This document shows positions 49,183 through 59,441 of a stretch of DNA of 64,000 nt, one piece after another. The stretch spans positions 118,068-182,067 of the forward strand of contig CAZRKP010000005.1 in the NCBI GenBank assembly GCA_964600895.1, in the 5' to 3' direction. The notes under the pieces were generated by a model that had not been told where the DNA came from, did not search any database, and saw nothing but the letters and a program-made list of their open reading frames with translations. The first letter of the stretch is position 1; each line of letters opens with the position of its first letter. The DNA is from an uncultured Victivallis sp. Its GTDB lineage: Bacteria; Verrucomicrobiota; Lentisphaeria; Victivallales; GWF2-50-93. Both the position numbers and the translations under genes were made by a program.

Positions 49183-50031
49183 TTAACCTGCTTTCAGCCA
49201 TCTCTTCAGGAATGCAAGCATCTCATCGTTCATTCCGTCATACCATGCCCCATGATCACCGTTCTCAATATAATGGACCTTATGCTCAACATTGTTCTTC
49301 TTCAACGAACCCTCCAGCGATCTGCTGTGCTGGACAGGAACCGTCGTATCAGCTGTACCGTGAATTATGAAGACTGGCGGACTGTCCTTGGAGACATAGG
49401 TGACAGGAGAGACGACTTCCATCTGTTCTTTTGTGAGAATTCCCCAGGGACTTCCTTCCTTTTCCTTCCCGTCATATTTGTGACCGAGGAACAGATAGAC
49501 CAGTTCGTGTGCCTCATGCCGTATTTTCTCCATAAGAAAGAAATCGGCCGGGCCCGCCCGATCAACTATGGCACGGACTTTTGTTGAAATCCTCCTTATG
49601 GGATCCTTTGATTCCGGATCCGCCTGGTCGGGATGCAGCCCCACCCATAGGGAAAGATGCCCTCCGGCGGAATGTCCTTCCAGTGCAATCCTGTCGGGAT
49701 CGATGTTCCATTCCTTTGCCTTGCTCTTCACGAACTGCAGGGCATAGGTGCAGTCATCCACCTGTGCCGGATAGATTGCTTCGGTTGTGAGCCTGTAGTC
49801 GATGGTCACCCAGGAAATACCTTCATTCATGAACTTCACCAGCAGGGGATGGGCGTTGTTCTTGCTCCCTAACTTCCATCCGCCACCATGTATGGTAATG
49901 ACGACCGGTGACGGTTTTTCCGCATCCGCAATTACAGCATCCAGGCATATCTCCCTTCCATTAATACTTCTGTATGGCACGTCAAACAAAAACTTCGCAT
50001 TTCGCATGTTCTTCTGCATTGTCATCTCCAA
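49183..50031 (-). CDS. Alpha/beta hydrolase (esterase/lipase-type)
   Basis: 'VVITIHGGGWKLGS' forms the oxyanion hole. 'LEGHSAGGHL' is the nucleophile elbow GxSxG. Confidence 0.8.
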   Translation of the reverse strand: MEMTMQKNMRNAKFLFDVPYRSINGREICLDAVIADAEKPSPVVITIHGGGWKLGSKNNAHPLLVKFMNEGISWVTIDYRLTTEAIYPAQVDDCTYALQFVKSKAKEWNIDPDRIALEGHSAGGHLSLWVGLHPDQADPESKDPIRRISTKVRAIVDRAGPADFFLMEKIRHEAHELVYLFLGHKYDGKEKEGSPWGILTKEQMEVVSPVTYVSKDSPPVFIIHGTADTTVPVQHSRSLEGSLKKNNVEHKVHYIENGDHGAWYDGMNDEMLAFLKRWLKAG

Positions 50032-50043
50032 TTTAGGGAACCT

Positions 50044-51690
50044 CTATTTCAAGAATTCCGGAACGTTATCGCCATATGTCATTATCACGGAAGCTCCATA
50101 GTGGCTGTAACGGGGAAGTTTTTCAAGTTTTGCCTTTGAGACATCCGGGACCTGCCAGAAGGAACGCAGTTCCTCCGGAGCCCCTTTCACGCTGACGTAT
50201 GATGCGTTGCTTATTGTTATTGTACCATGGCCGCTGCCGAATGGCGCGACGACGCCAATCGCCGAAATCTTCACTGGATCCAGGGGCAGCTGCTTAAGCT
50301 GCATCTCCTTGCATTCCCCCTGCCCGTACACGCATATGAAATCGGCAAAAGGTATGACTGCCGATGACCATTCTCCTGCCGGCAGATATCTGCGTGCGGA
50401 ATAAAATCCGAACGAACCTGCCTGCCGTATGTCAGCCACATTGATGCTTTTTGCCTTGTCGTTCGTCAGCAGATAATCGTATTTCGCTCCGGGTCCCTTG
50501 TATCCGCTGTCCTTGAACGCCTGCTTTAACTCGTCGGTGGCTTCGATGTCATGCCATGGGAAATCACTTCCCTTCGGAGAGACAAAAACTATGAAATCGA
50601 CCGCATGGGCTTTTTTGCCATCGAATTGAAAGTCATAGATAGTTTTTGTGACAGCGGGATAATTAGGTTTCAAACCAAATTTAAATGCGTTGGACTTTCC
50701 ATCACCGTTTGTCTTGAACGTGATTATCTGCCCTTCCTCCGCCCACGTGCATTCCGCTTTCAACGCCTTTCCTCCATTAATTCCGTCGACAATGCTGTAT
50801 CGCGGCGCCGGATATAGCGTCCCTTCCTCCTGTATGAAAGGGGAGGCCTTCTTCATATAATCGGCGATAGGACGTGCTTCATCTGTCTTGCGGCGATATC
50901 CGAATTCAAACGGCTTGGATATGGAATATCCGTGCGCCACTGAGAACACCTTGCCCAGATCTTCATCCTTCTGAAACGACACTATGTTGGCAATTTCCTT
51001 TTCACCAGAACTGTCAAACTTTGGAAAACTCCTGCCTTCCCCTTTTGCAACAAGTTCGACATTGTCAATGAACAGTTCCGTTTCAACTTCGGGCCGCAGT
51101 TTTCCAGATATCGAAATCAAATACAGATATACCGGCTCCTGCACCCAGCGGGTATAATACACGACGGGCAGTTCAGCCGTAAAGTTCGCCCTTCTGAAGT
51201 TGCGCACGAGAGGATGGTTTAACGATATTTCTATTGTCTGCCAGGCATCCCCTTTCGCTTCAACCATCTTGGGATCGCAGAATACGTCCGAATTGCCCAT
51301 CTGGCTGACAGGGCCTCCGACCGAGATGATCGCCCTTCCGGAAAGGACTTTCACTTTCATGCGGATGGCATCGGCTTCCGGAGGTAGATAAGGACAGGAC
51401 AATGTCATCACCGAGACGTTATCCAGCTGTCTTTCCTGTTTTCCATCCCATCCCTTCCATTTCCAGTCGAAGTCCTTCGGTATTGTGATGCGAAGACATG
51501 ATTTCCCCATGTCTGTCTTGTCGGAAAGCTCCATCTTTATAGCCGTAGGCTGATTTGTCCTTATATTTCCGCCCATTGATTCGAAGTCCTGCAGGACCTT
51601 TATGACCTTCCCTTCATCTGCCACGATACGGGAAGGTGCGGCAGCCAGCAATAACAGACCCATTGCGCAATTTATGAATGTCCTTTTCAT
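50044..51690 (-). CDS. Hypothetical secreted protein
   Basis: Signal peptide 'MKRTFINCAMGLLLLAAAPSRIVA'. It is beta-rich and no family was recognised. Confidence 0.6.
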   Translation of the reverse strand: MKRTFINCAMGLLLLAAAPSRIVADEGKVIKVLQDFESMGGNIRTNQPTAIKMELSDKTDMGKSCLRITIPKDFDWKWKGWDGKQERQLDNVSVMTLSCPYLPPEADAIRMKVKVLSGRAIISVGGPVSQMGNSDVFCDPKMVEAKGDAWQTIEISLNHPLVRNFRRANFTAELPVVYYTRWVQEPVYLYLISISGKLRPEVETELFIDNVELVAKGEGRSFPKFDSSGEKEIANIVSFQKDEDLGKVFSVAHGYSISKPFEFGYRRKTDEARPIADYMKKASPFIQEEGTLYPAPRYSIVDGINGGKALKAECTWAEEGQIITFKTNGDGKSNAFKFGLKPNYPAVTKTIYDFQFDGKKAHAVDFIVFVSPKGSDFPWHDIEATDELKQAFKDSGYKGPGAKYDYLLTNDKAKSINVADIRQAGSFGFYSARRYLPAGEWSSAVIPFADFICVYGQGECKEMQLKQLPLDPVKISAIGVVAPFGSGHGTITISNASYVSVKGAPEELRSFWQVPDVSKAKLEKLPRYSHYGASVIMTYGDNVPEFLK

Positions 51691-51749
51691 AGTAAACTCC
51701 CTCTTCTTATCTCTTATTATGTCTTATTATACATTGTTCAAAACATATT

Positions 51750-52559
51750 TCAAGCCCTGCGTCCACGATAAAACGTAGGAGGTTTCCCGGTACGCTCCTT
51801 GAACTGCTTGCTGAAGGCGTAGACGTTCGGATACCCGAGTATCTCCGCGATCTGGCTGATATTGCGGGTGGACGACTGCAGGAGCCCCCGCGCGGCCTCG
51901 AGCCGGCAGTTGATGACATATTCACCGGGTGTCATGCCCTTGTGCCGTCTGAAGACGCGGATGAAATGATCCACGCACATAGATGCCTTGGACGCAAGCT
52001 GCGGGATACGGAACTTATGCCCGGGATTCTCACGGATGTTCCGGCAGATCTGCCCGATCATCTCCTCATGCTCAAGATCAATTCCCTGCAGTGTCTTGAG
52101 ACGCTGGTCCTGATGATCAACCTCGTTCAATGCTGCCTGCAGCCATTCTATCGTGCGTTTCCCGTTAGGATCCGACTGGAAAGACTCTATCAGGCGGTCC
52201 ATGAGAGATTCGAAGAATGATGTCTCGGTCAGCATACGATGCCTTTGCGGGATTCGCACTTTTTCAGGCGATATCCTCCTGCCTCTGACATCAAAGTAGT
52301 CATAGCAGCACCATGAAACGACAACAGGATCTTCCTTTACGGATGTACCCATGTGCTCCTCCCAGGATCGGAGGAGGAAGCATTCTCCGCGGTTCAATTC
52401 AAACTGCCCTTCCGGTGTCTTGAGGAACCCTTTACCTTCTGCCACATACCAGAGATTATAACCGAGACGGATGTCTCCGGACTGCAGCCGGCTGTCCCAG
52501 AACCAGTTCGGTCCGCAGTAGGTCTTGTGCGCCGTCCGGATGATGATGTGGGAGTTCAT
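51750..52559 (-). CDS. AraC family transcriptional regulator
   Basis: The C-terminus 'LASKASMCVDHFIRVFRRHKGMTPGEYVINCRLEAARGLL...NVYAFSKQFKERTGKPPTFY'. ATG 52559 is preferred because the ORF-track extension to 52634 reads through the CATCC-word arm. Confidence 0.85.
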   Translation of the reverse strand: MNSHIIIRTAHKTYCGPNWFWDSRLQSGDIRLGYNLWYVAEGKGFLKTPEGQFELNRGECFLLRSWEEHMGTSVKEDPVVVSWCCYDYFDVRGRRISPEKVRIPQRHRMLTETSFFESLMDRLIESFQSDPNGKRTIEWLQAALNEVDHQDQRLKTLQGIDLEHEEMIGQICRNIRENPGHKFRIPQLASKASMCVDHFIRVFRRHKGMTPGEYVINCRLEAARGLLQSSTRNISQIAEILGYPNVYAFSKQFKERTGKPPTFYRGRRA

Positions 52560-52566
52560 AAGTACC

Positions 52567-52727
52567 TTGGATGACTGGATGAAAGGATGATTGGATGGGT
52601 GGGCAAGTTGGAATTTAGATTTGCGAAAACACAAATCCTGCTTAGGAGGACTACTACAAGCTTGACAATCATTTGATTTCCTTTTCCAAACCCATTCATC
52701 CGTTCATCCAACCATCCATTCACCCAT
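52567..52727. repeat. GGATG-word arm (52567-52607) and CATCC-word arm (52691-52727), the second copy of the structure seen at 193-316
   Basis: 'ttggatgactggatgaaaggatgattggatgggtggg' ... 'cccattcatccgttcatccaaccatccattcacccat'. The arm abuts the AraC start at 52559. Confidence 0.7.
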
Positions 52728-52858
52728 TTTTATCTAAGTCGATATTTTATATCATTTTATCGAAAAAGGAAATACTAATTCCAATATTTACCAGTAGTGT
52801 TGCAGCTGTTTACTTGATTAATCATATCGTAATCTGATAAATTATTTAGGAGTTGCCG

Positions 52859-53926
52859 ATGAAACCAATGACCACCTTCGAGCGTATGAAATGCATGTAT
52901 GAGCACCGGGATGCGGATTGCGTCCCCGTCACAGATTCACCATGGGGCGCGACAGTCCAGCGCTGGCACAGGGAAGGAATGCCGGAGAAGGTAGGCTATG
53001 ATGAATTCTTCGGTCTAGACAAGTTTGCACATATCGGAGCCGACAACAGCCCGCGTTATCCAGCAAAGGTCATCGAGGAGAACGAGGAATACGTCATCCG
53101 TACAACTGCCTGGGGACAGACCATCAAGGACTGGAAGAGCCATGGCGGTGTTCCGGAATTCCTGGACTGCAAGATCATCACCCCGGATGCCTGGAAGGAG
53201 GCCAAGGAGAGGATGACACCATCCCGTGACCGCATCGACTGGGAAAATCTCAAGAAGAATTATCCAAAATGGAGGAAGGATGGTTGCTGGATCAGGGCGG
53301 GATTCTGGTTCGGATTCGATGTCACACATTCATGGATGACCGGTACAGAGACGCTTCTTATGGCGATGGTCACCGAGCCTGAATGGGTGATGGACATGTT
53401 CAAACATCAGCTGGAAGTCGACATCGCCCTTTTTGAAATGGTATGGGATGCCGGTTACAAGTTCGACGCCATCCGCTGGCCCGATGACATGGGATACAAG
53501 TTCAAGCAGTTCTTCTCGGTTGACACATACCGTGAAATCCTGAAGCCTTATCACAAACGCGCCATTGAATGGGCTCACGCAAAAGGGATCAAGGCGGAAC
53601 TTCATTCATGCGGCGACATACGCCCACTTGTGCCGGAACTTGTAGGAATGGGTCTCGATTCATTGAATCCCCTTGAGGTCAAGGCCGGGATGGATCCAAT
53701 TGCAATCAAGGAGGAGTATGGTGGCAAGCTTGTCTTGCACGGAGGACTTAATGCCCTTCTCTACAATGAACCGGAAAAGCTTTGGACCGAAATGCACCGC
53801 GTAATACCGCTCCTGAAGAAGAACGGAGGATTCGTGATCAGCAGCGACCATTCCGTACCAGACTGCGTATCGCTGGAAATGTTCCGCGAATTCGTCAGGC
53901 TTTCACGCGAACTCGGGAAATATTGA
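52859..53926 (+). CDS. Uroporphyrinogen decarboxylase (URO-D) family protein (second copy)
   Basis: 'WPDDMGYKFKQFFS', 'LHSCGD' and 'LDSLNPLEVKAGMD'. AGGAG sits 6 nt upstream of ATG 52859. Confidence 0.75.
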   Translation: MKPMTTFERMKCMYEHRDADCVPVTDSPWGATVQRWHREGMPEKVGYDEFFGLDKFAHIGADNSPRYPAKVIEENEEYVIRTTAWGQTIKDWKSHGGVPEFLDCKIITPDAWKEAKERMTPSRDRIDWENLKKNYPKWRKDGCWIRAGFWFGFDVTHSWMTGTETLLMAMVTEPEWVMDMFKHQLEVDIALFEMVWDAGYKFDAIRWPDDMGYKFKQFFSVDTYREILKPYHKRAIEWAHAKGIKAELHSCGDIRPLVPELVGMGLDSLNPLEVKAGMDPIAIKEEYGGKLVLHGGLNALLYNEPEKLWTEMHRVIPLLKKNGGFVISSDHSVPDCVSLEMFREFVRLSRELGKY

Positions 53927-53933
53927 TTTTCTG

Positions 53934-55046
53934 TCACCCCTTTATTCCGGTCGTGGAAATTCCTTCGATGAAGGCCTTCTGAGTGAAGAGGAACAGCACG
54001 ATTACTGGTGTGACGACAAGAAGGCTTGCCGCCATGAGATAGTTCCATTCCGTTCCTCCGTGCTGACTCTGGAAGAACTGGAGTCCGAGCGCAAGGGTGA
54101 AGTCCTCCTGGTTCGTCAGGAAGAGTAATGGTCCGAGGAAGTCGTTCCAGGTGCCCATGAACTGGAAGAGCGCGACTACGAGCAACGCCGGTTTCGACAT
54201 TGGAAGGATTATCCTCATGAATATCTGGAATTCGCTGCAGCCATCTATCCTTGCAGCTTCGGAAAGGGACTGGGGAATCGTCAGGAAGAACTGCCTCAGA
54301 AGAAAGACATTGAATGCTCCTGCGAAGAACGATCCTATCCATAGCGGATGAGGCGTACCTACAAGTCCGAATGTCCTGTAGAGGCAATACAGCGGAACCA
54401 TGATCACCGGGAAGGGAATCATCATTGTTGCGAGAGCCAGGAGGAAAATCTTGTCGCGTCCCTTCCACTGGATCCTTGCAAAGCCGTAGGCGGCGAACGC
54501 ACTTGATATCACTGTGCCGATGACGGTGAAGAAGCACAGGATAAGAGTATTCTTCGTATACATCCAGAAGCATTTCATCGCATGGATCGCCCCCTTGAAG
54601 TTGCTCCAGCGGAAGCACAGCGTACGTTCGATGCTTTTCACCGGAACAAAATACTGTTCGGATATGTTTTCTTTGCCGGTGATCTTTTCCAGAGTGACGG
54701 CCGACCAGAGATTTGCCTTATCAGCCTGGATTTCCCTGATCACCTTGTATTTCCCCTGCTGTTTTTCAAGTTTTGCCTGAGGGACTATCTGAGCTTCAGT
54801 GGAACCTTCGGGCAGAATCGCAACAGATGGTTCTTCTATCCTGACCTTTGGAACTATGGCTGTCCTTTTCCCTTCTATATCCGTGAAATACCTGTATGGC
54901 AGCCATGTTGGGGGCATGCTCATCGTCTGATCAATCGGCTTTAGCGCCGTGGAGATCATCCAGATGAGCGGGGTACTGAAGATGATGGATCCTATCACAA
55001 GGAGGAGGAACACAATCATTTTTCCGAATGTATTAAGTTTTATCAT
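53934..55046 (-). CDS. Carbohydrate ABC transporter permease (MalG-like)
   Basis: Six TM segments with the EAA-loop region 'SLSEAARIDGCSEFQIFMRIILPMSKPAL'. A long periplasmic insertion follows TM1. Confidence 0.85.
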   Translation of the reverse strand: MIKLNTFGKMIVFLLLVIGSIIFSTPLIWMISTALKPIDQTMSMPPTWLPYRYFTDIEGKRTAIVPKVRIEEPSVAILPEGSTEAQIVPQAKLEKQQGKYKVIREIQADKANLWSAVTLEKITGKENISEQYFVPVKSIERTLCFRWSNFKGAIHAMKCFWMYTKNTLILCFFTVIGTVISSAFAAYGFARIQWKGRDKIFLLALATMMIPFPVIMVPLYCLYRTFGLVGTPHPLWIGSFFAGAFNVFLLRQFFLTIPQSLSEAARIDGCSEFQIFMRIILPMSKPALLVVALFQFMGTWNDFLGPLLFLTNQEDFTLALGLQFFQSQHGGTEWNYLMAASLLVVTPVIVLFLFTQKAFIEGISTTGIKG

Positions 55047-55133
55047 TTAAATCCTTTTTCAGACTCCTGTATCAATATCCAAGTGTTTGATCTAATTCAT
55101 CATTCGATATTTCTTGTTCGATATTGGATATTC

Positions 55134-56021
55134 TTACTCCCCGTAATGGATGTGTTTGCGGCTCATGACCGTCGCCAGATATGTCAGCCCGAGGATTATC
55201 AGGAAAAGTATCCACGCCATCGCGCAGGCATATCCCATCTGGTTGTATGTAAATGCATTTTCATATAGATAAACCGCATAGAAGAGCGCTGAACGGTTGG
55301 GACCGCCTGTTCCTGCACCAAACATGATGTATGGCTGGGCAAAGACCTGAAGGCATCCGATAATTCCCATTACAAGGTTGAAATATATTACCGGAGATAT
55401 CGAGGGAATTGTTATATGCCAGACTTTCCTGAGGAATCCGGCACCGTCGATCTCAGCCGACTCGTAAAGCTGAATCGGTACTTCCTGCAGGGCGGCAAGA
55501 TATATCACGACAGAATGCCCTATGCCCCATATCACCGTCAGAACAAGAGCAGGTTTGGTATAATGCTCGTTCGTCAGCCATTCCGGCCCCGGAAGCCCGG
55601 CAAGATTCAGGAAATAATTGAGAAGACCGAACTTGCCGTTGTAGATCCACAGCCATATCATCGAGGTCGCAACTGCCGGAACAAGCGAAGGAAGGAAGAA
55701 TATCGTCCTGAATATCGGTCGTCCGCTGATAGGCATGTTCAGCAGTATCGCCACACAGATCGATGATATAAGTCCGAGCGGAATCGCGAAGAACGCAAAG
55801 GTCAGAGTGTTATAAAGCGCTTTCCAGAATACTGTGTCCTGAATCATGTCCGTATAGTTTGCAGTCCCTATGAACACCGGCTTTGAGAGCACGTCGTAGT
55901 CACAGAAGGAATAGAATAACGAGGCTCCCACAGTGTATACGGTGAACACCATGAACCCGATTATCCACGGGCTCACGAAGAGCAGTCCCATCTTCAGATT
56001 GTATTTCTCACCACGCGTCAT
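55134..56021 (-). CDS. Carbohydrate ABC transporter permease (MalF-like)
   Basis: 'LYESAEIDGAGFLRKVWHITIPSISPVI' is the EAA motif. The protein has multiple TM segments. Confidence 0.85.
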   Translation of the reverse strand: MTRGEKYNLKMGLLFVSPWIIGFMVFTVYTVGASLFYSFCDYDVLSKPVFIGTANYTDMIQDTVFWKALYNTLTFAFFAIPLGLISSICVAILLNMPISGRPIFRTIFFLPSLVPAVATSMIWLWIYNGKFGLLNYFLNLAGLPGPEWLTNEHYTKPALVLTVIWGIGHSVVIYLAALQEVPIQLYESAEIDGAGFLRKVWHITIPSISPVIYFNLVMGIIGCLQVFAQPYIMFGAGTGGPNRSALFYAVYLYENAFTYNQMGYACAMAWILFLIILGLTYLATVMSRKHIHYGE

Positions 56022-57489
56022 TTTCCTGCTTCCACTCCTTCATCCTGTCATCCTTTATCATGTCCCATCTCTTGAGTATCTTGTCCAATTTCCACTGTGT
56101 CCTTTCCCTGGCGTTCTTCAACGCCTCCTCAGGGCTGAGGACATCTGTAAAGGCCTGGTCATATGCCACTGAAAGTTCAGTGTTGTATTCGTTCCATACC
56201 GGCATTTTCGGGATCGTCCTGACGCCGGGGCTCTTTGCAAGATCGATGAACACCTGTATGTATTTGTTCGGATGGTCCTTCACGAAATCAGGACTTACTT
56301 CCGCGAGGGGGCTGAATTTCCTCTGCCCCATGTTGAGTTTCTCCATCGGCCCCCTGCTGTTCACATAGCTCATGAACTCGAACGCCTCCTTTGCATGTCT
56401 CGCACCCTTCGGTATCACCAGCACATCGCATTCCGCGATGGAGACAAACGGATTCTTCGGGTTCTCGCCAAGACTGGGGAACGGAGCGGCAGCCCATTCG
56501 ACCTGGGGGGCATATTTCTCTATGAAGTTGAACATCCAGACTCCCTGCAACACCATCGCCACTTTCTCGGAAAGAAATGGATTCTGGGGTGATGAGAAGT
56601 TTCCAAAGGACGCACCGAAGTTCCTCAGGTTCTGGATACCGTATTTTTCTCCGAAGCTCTTGAACCACTTCAGTGCTTCAATACCTTCCTTGCTGTCGGC
56701 AGTGATCTTTCTCTCCCCATCCCAGAGTTCTCCATCGAACCAGTAGCACCACATCGAATTCCACCAGCCGGGTTCCGTGGGGGTGTAACCGAGTTGGACA
56801 ATGTCAAAGTTTTTCTGCTTCTTTTCCTCATCCGTCAGTTCGCAATAACGGACTTTCACCACCTCTGAACCCCTCTTGAGTGAAACGATTGTGAGCTTTT
56901 CGTTCATCTCATCAAGTTCTGCACGGCTCTTCGGAGGTTTGTCGGGATCCAGTCCGGCATCCCTGAAAAGTCTTTTGTTCCAGTGGAGCGCTACGGTCGC
57001 CGGCGTCGAAGGCAGAGCCCACATGAATCCCTTGCGCTCGCAGAGGTCCCAGAATACGGGAATATAGTCCTTTCTCGAGATGCCTTTCTTCTCAAGCATC
57101 TTATTCAGCGGAGTAAGCGCTCCCTTTTCCGCGAAGACGTTCACGTTCTGCACCCAGACACCGGCAATGTCGGGAGGAGTTCCTCCGGCGGTGGCAAGAA
57201 GGAGTTTCTGGTCGATCGTGCTGACGGTCAGCAGCTTCACGAAGATCTTGTTCTGGGACTTGTTGAAGTCATCAATGACAGCCACCAGGGCATCGCGTTC
57301 GAATCCGGTCCATTTCTCCCAGTAGTTTACTATTATTCGGCCGTCGGGAGTTCTCTCGTCCTTTACTGCCGTCTTGGTGACGAGGAAGAAGAGAGCGGAG
57401 ACAATTCCGATGATCAGGACGGCCATGAAGATGATCGGCTCGAATCGTGAAAAGCTCTCAAGATTTTTACTGTTGTCGTCGGACATCAA
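56008..57489 (-). CDS. ABC transporter extracellular solute-binding protein (sugar family), N-terminal membrane anchor
   Basis: It overlaps the downstream permease by 14 nt. Anchor 'IIFMAVLIIGIVSALFFLV'. The Trp-rich SBP-like body is about 490 aa. Confidence 0.75.
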   Translation of the reverse strand: MMSDDNSKNLESFSRFEPIIFMAVLIIGIVSALFFLVTKTAVKDERTPDGRIIVNYWEKWTGFERDALVAVIDDFNKSQNKIFVKLLTVSTIDQKLLLATAGGTPPDIAGVWVQNVNVFAEKGALTPLNKMLEKKGISRKDYIPVFWDLCERKGFMWALPSTPATVALHWNKRLFRDAGLDPDKPPKSRAELDEMNEKLTIVSLKRGSEVVKVRYCELTDEEKKQKNFDIVQLGYTPTEPGWWNSMWCYWFDGELWDGERKITADSKEGIEALKWFKSFGEKYGIQNLRNFGASFGNFSSPQNPFLSEKVAMVLQGVWMFNFIEKYAPQVEWAAAPFPSLGENPKNPFVSIAECDVLVIPKGARHAKEAFEFMSYVNSRGPMEKLNMGQRKFSPLAEVSPDFVKDHPNKYIQVFIDLAKSPGVRTIPKMPVWNEYNTELSVAYDQAFTDVLSPEEALKNARERTQWKLDKILKRWDMIKDDRMKEWKQENDAW

Positions 57490-57559
57490 AATTCCCCTTG
57501 GCCACTAATCTAATATTTCTTCCTACCCATTCAAGCTTTCCATTTTACTTCAATGTCAT

Positions 57560-59380
57560 TCACTCGAACCTGATGTCGTCCAGATAGAACGTGATCGGCT
57601 TGCCCTGTCCGCCGAAGAACATCGTGAATCCGGTCTTGATCCTGCGAAGATCGCAGCCATCAAGTGAAATCGTATATTCCTTCCATTCCTTCTCAAGCAC
57701 CAGGTCTCCGGTCTCCTTCTTGGCTGTATCAAAATATTTCTTCTCCCTGCCGATCATGCCGAAACCGAACTTGACCTTTTCTCCGCCTTCCTTGCCGCGC
57801 GCCCAGAACTTGAAGTTCTTCGCACCGGTGAGATCATAGCCGCCCGGCTTCTCTCCGCCCCAGTCGTTCGCTGGCGACTGCCAGGCAAGACCGCACCAGT
57901 CTCCGTTCGCGGAGTATGCGACCTCTATGCAGTTCGGCGCGGAGTGCGGATTGTCAGTGCATTCCATGTTGTGCTTCAGCGCCTTGAAATTTCCCATCAA
58001 CCCGGAGGGGATATATGGAAGCTTGGTCTGCGGCGTCGTATTGTCGAAAACAAACAGCGGCAGCTCTGCCTTCTGTCCGGGTTCACCTACAGCAGTTCCC
58101 TGCTTCGTAACGAAAAGCGAGGTGTATGCGATTGAAAGGTTCGGATAGCTGTCCTGGCAGTATGCGTATACCTTGTAGAGCCCATCATCCTTTGGAGCCT
58201 GTATCGAGTAGGAACCGTTCTCATTCTTCTTCGAATTGAGAGGCTTGATGGCGTCCCGGTCTTCCCTGGAGCCCCTTTCCCTGCAATTGTAGTTGAAGCT
58301 GATCTTGAGGTCCTTGTCCTCCTTGTCGGAAACTTTCAGTACCACAGGCACCCAGTCTTCAGGCTTCACAACGCTGTTGGGGATTGAGAATTCCGAGATA
58401 TCAGGACATGCGTCCGGAGCCTTCTGTCCGGTATATATTTCACGGATTGCCCAGTAATATGGACGATATGCTTCACCCATCTTGAAGTTGAGCCATACGC
58501 CGCCATGATTGGTGCTCCTCCCGAAATTAAAGATGAAAGCTCCAAGGCATTCCTTGTTGGCTTTGATCAATTTCGGATATCCCTGAAGGATCGTATCAAC
58601 CTTCTCCTTCTCGCTAGGTTCGATCTTAAGTCCGTTGCTGTCCTTTGGCGCATCCCATTCGCCACGAGGACCGAACTCCGTCAGGACATACGGTTTTTCG
58701 ACGCCATTCTTCTTCAGCTCATCCGGGAGCGCGCCTGCTCCCCAGCCATAGGTGTTTACTCCGTAGACATCAAGCGATGGGGTATACTGCTTCCAGAATT
58801 TCCACTCAATTGTCCATGCGCCGGCTGAGAAGATAGGGTGGTTGGGATCAACCTTCTTTATCTCGCCGCATATCTTCTCAAGAAGCTTGGCATACGCTAC
58901 CTTCTCCTCCTCAGGCCCGATGTTCAGGATGACCTCGTTTCCTACGCACCATCCCAGTATCGCCTTGTGATCCTTGAACTTGTTCACCCATTTGATAGCT
59001 TCTGCGAACATCTTCTCCTTGCCAGTCTCATCCTTCACGTAATTGAAATTGTCGTCCCCCTCTGCTCCGGATCGGCCATGTCTCATCCAGATTCCAAGCA
59101 ATACCTTGATGTTGTATTTCGCCGCAGTATCGAGAAGAAGCTGTGTGTCGTTTCCGCAACCCCAGTTCCTGATGGCGTTGACCCCCATGTTCTGAAGCTC
59201 CTTGAAGCTTGCATCAACCGTATCCTCCTTTATCGGCACACCGAAAGTGACGCCTTTGAGCTCAAAAGGTTTTCCATCCACGGAGAGTCCGAATTTCCCG
59301 TCAGCAGACTTTTCTATCTTCACCTGTGCGGAAGAGGAAAGAATCATCAAGCAAGAAAGAATGGAGATTAAGATTTTCAT
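57560..59380 (-). CDS. Secreted clan GH-A (beta/alpha)8 glycoside hydrolase with a C-terminal CBM-like beta-sandwich; the context suggests a beta-1,3-glucanase
   Basis: Signal peptide. 'GVNAIRNWG'. 'GWCVGNEV' is the acid/base NE motif and 'VLTEFG' is the nucleophile E. The C-terminus is 'YSANGDWCGLAWQSP...FKFWARG'. The exact GH family (for example GH158, GH5 or GH17) cannot be assigned by eye. Confidence 0.7.
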   Translation of the reverse strand: MKILISILSCLMILSSSAQVKIEKSADGKFGLSVDGKPFELKGVTFGVPIKEDTVDASFKELQNMGVNAIRNWGCGNDTQLLLDTAAKYNIKVLLGIWMRHGRSGAEGDDNFNYVKDETGKEKMFAEAIKWVNKFKDHKAILGWCVGNEVILNIGPEEEKVAYAKLLEKICGEIKKVDPNHPIFSAGAWTIEWKFWKQYTPSLDVYGVNTYGWGAGALPDELKKNGVEKPYVLTEFGPRGEWDAPKDSNGLKIEPSEKEKVDTILQGYPKLIKANKECLGAFIFNFGRSTNHGGVWLNFKMGEAYRPYYWAIREIYTGQKAPDACPDISEFSIPNSVVKPEDWVPVVLKVSDKEDKDLKISFNYNCRERGSREDRDAIKPLNSKKNENGSYSIQAPKDDGLYKVYAYCQDSYPNLSIAYTSLFVTKQGTAVGEPGQKAELPLFVFDNTTPQTKLPYIPSGLMGNFKALKHNMECTDNPHSAPNCIEVAYSANGDWCGLAWQSPANDWGGEKPGGYDLTGAKNFKFWARGKEGGEKVKFGFGMIGREKKYFDTAKKETGDLVLEKEWKEYTISLDGCDLRRIKTGFTMFFGGQGKPITFYLDDIRFE

Positions 59381-59441
59381 ATGTCTTCCTTTTTGTATTT
59401 ATGGAGCGCAAGTAATTCTCTGGCAAGATGTCGGCGCTCCA

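Noticed and set aside
53761-54618. A 285-aa minus-strand ORF overlapping the URO-D 3' end and the MalG-like permease
   Set aside because: It is out of frame with a permease that has clear TM and EAA motifs. Its Arg/Pro/Ser-rich composition is characteristic of an off-frame reading.
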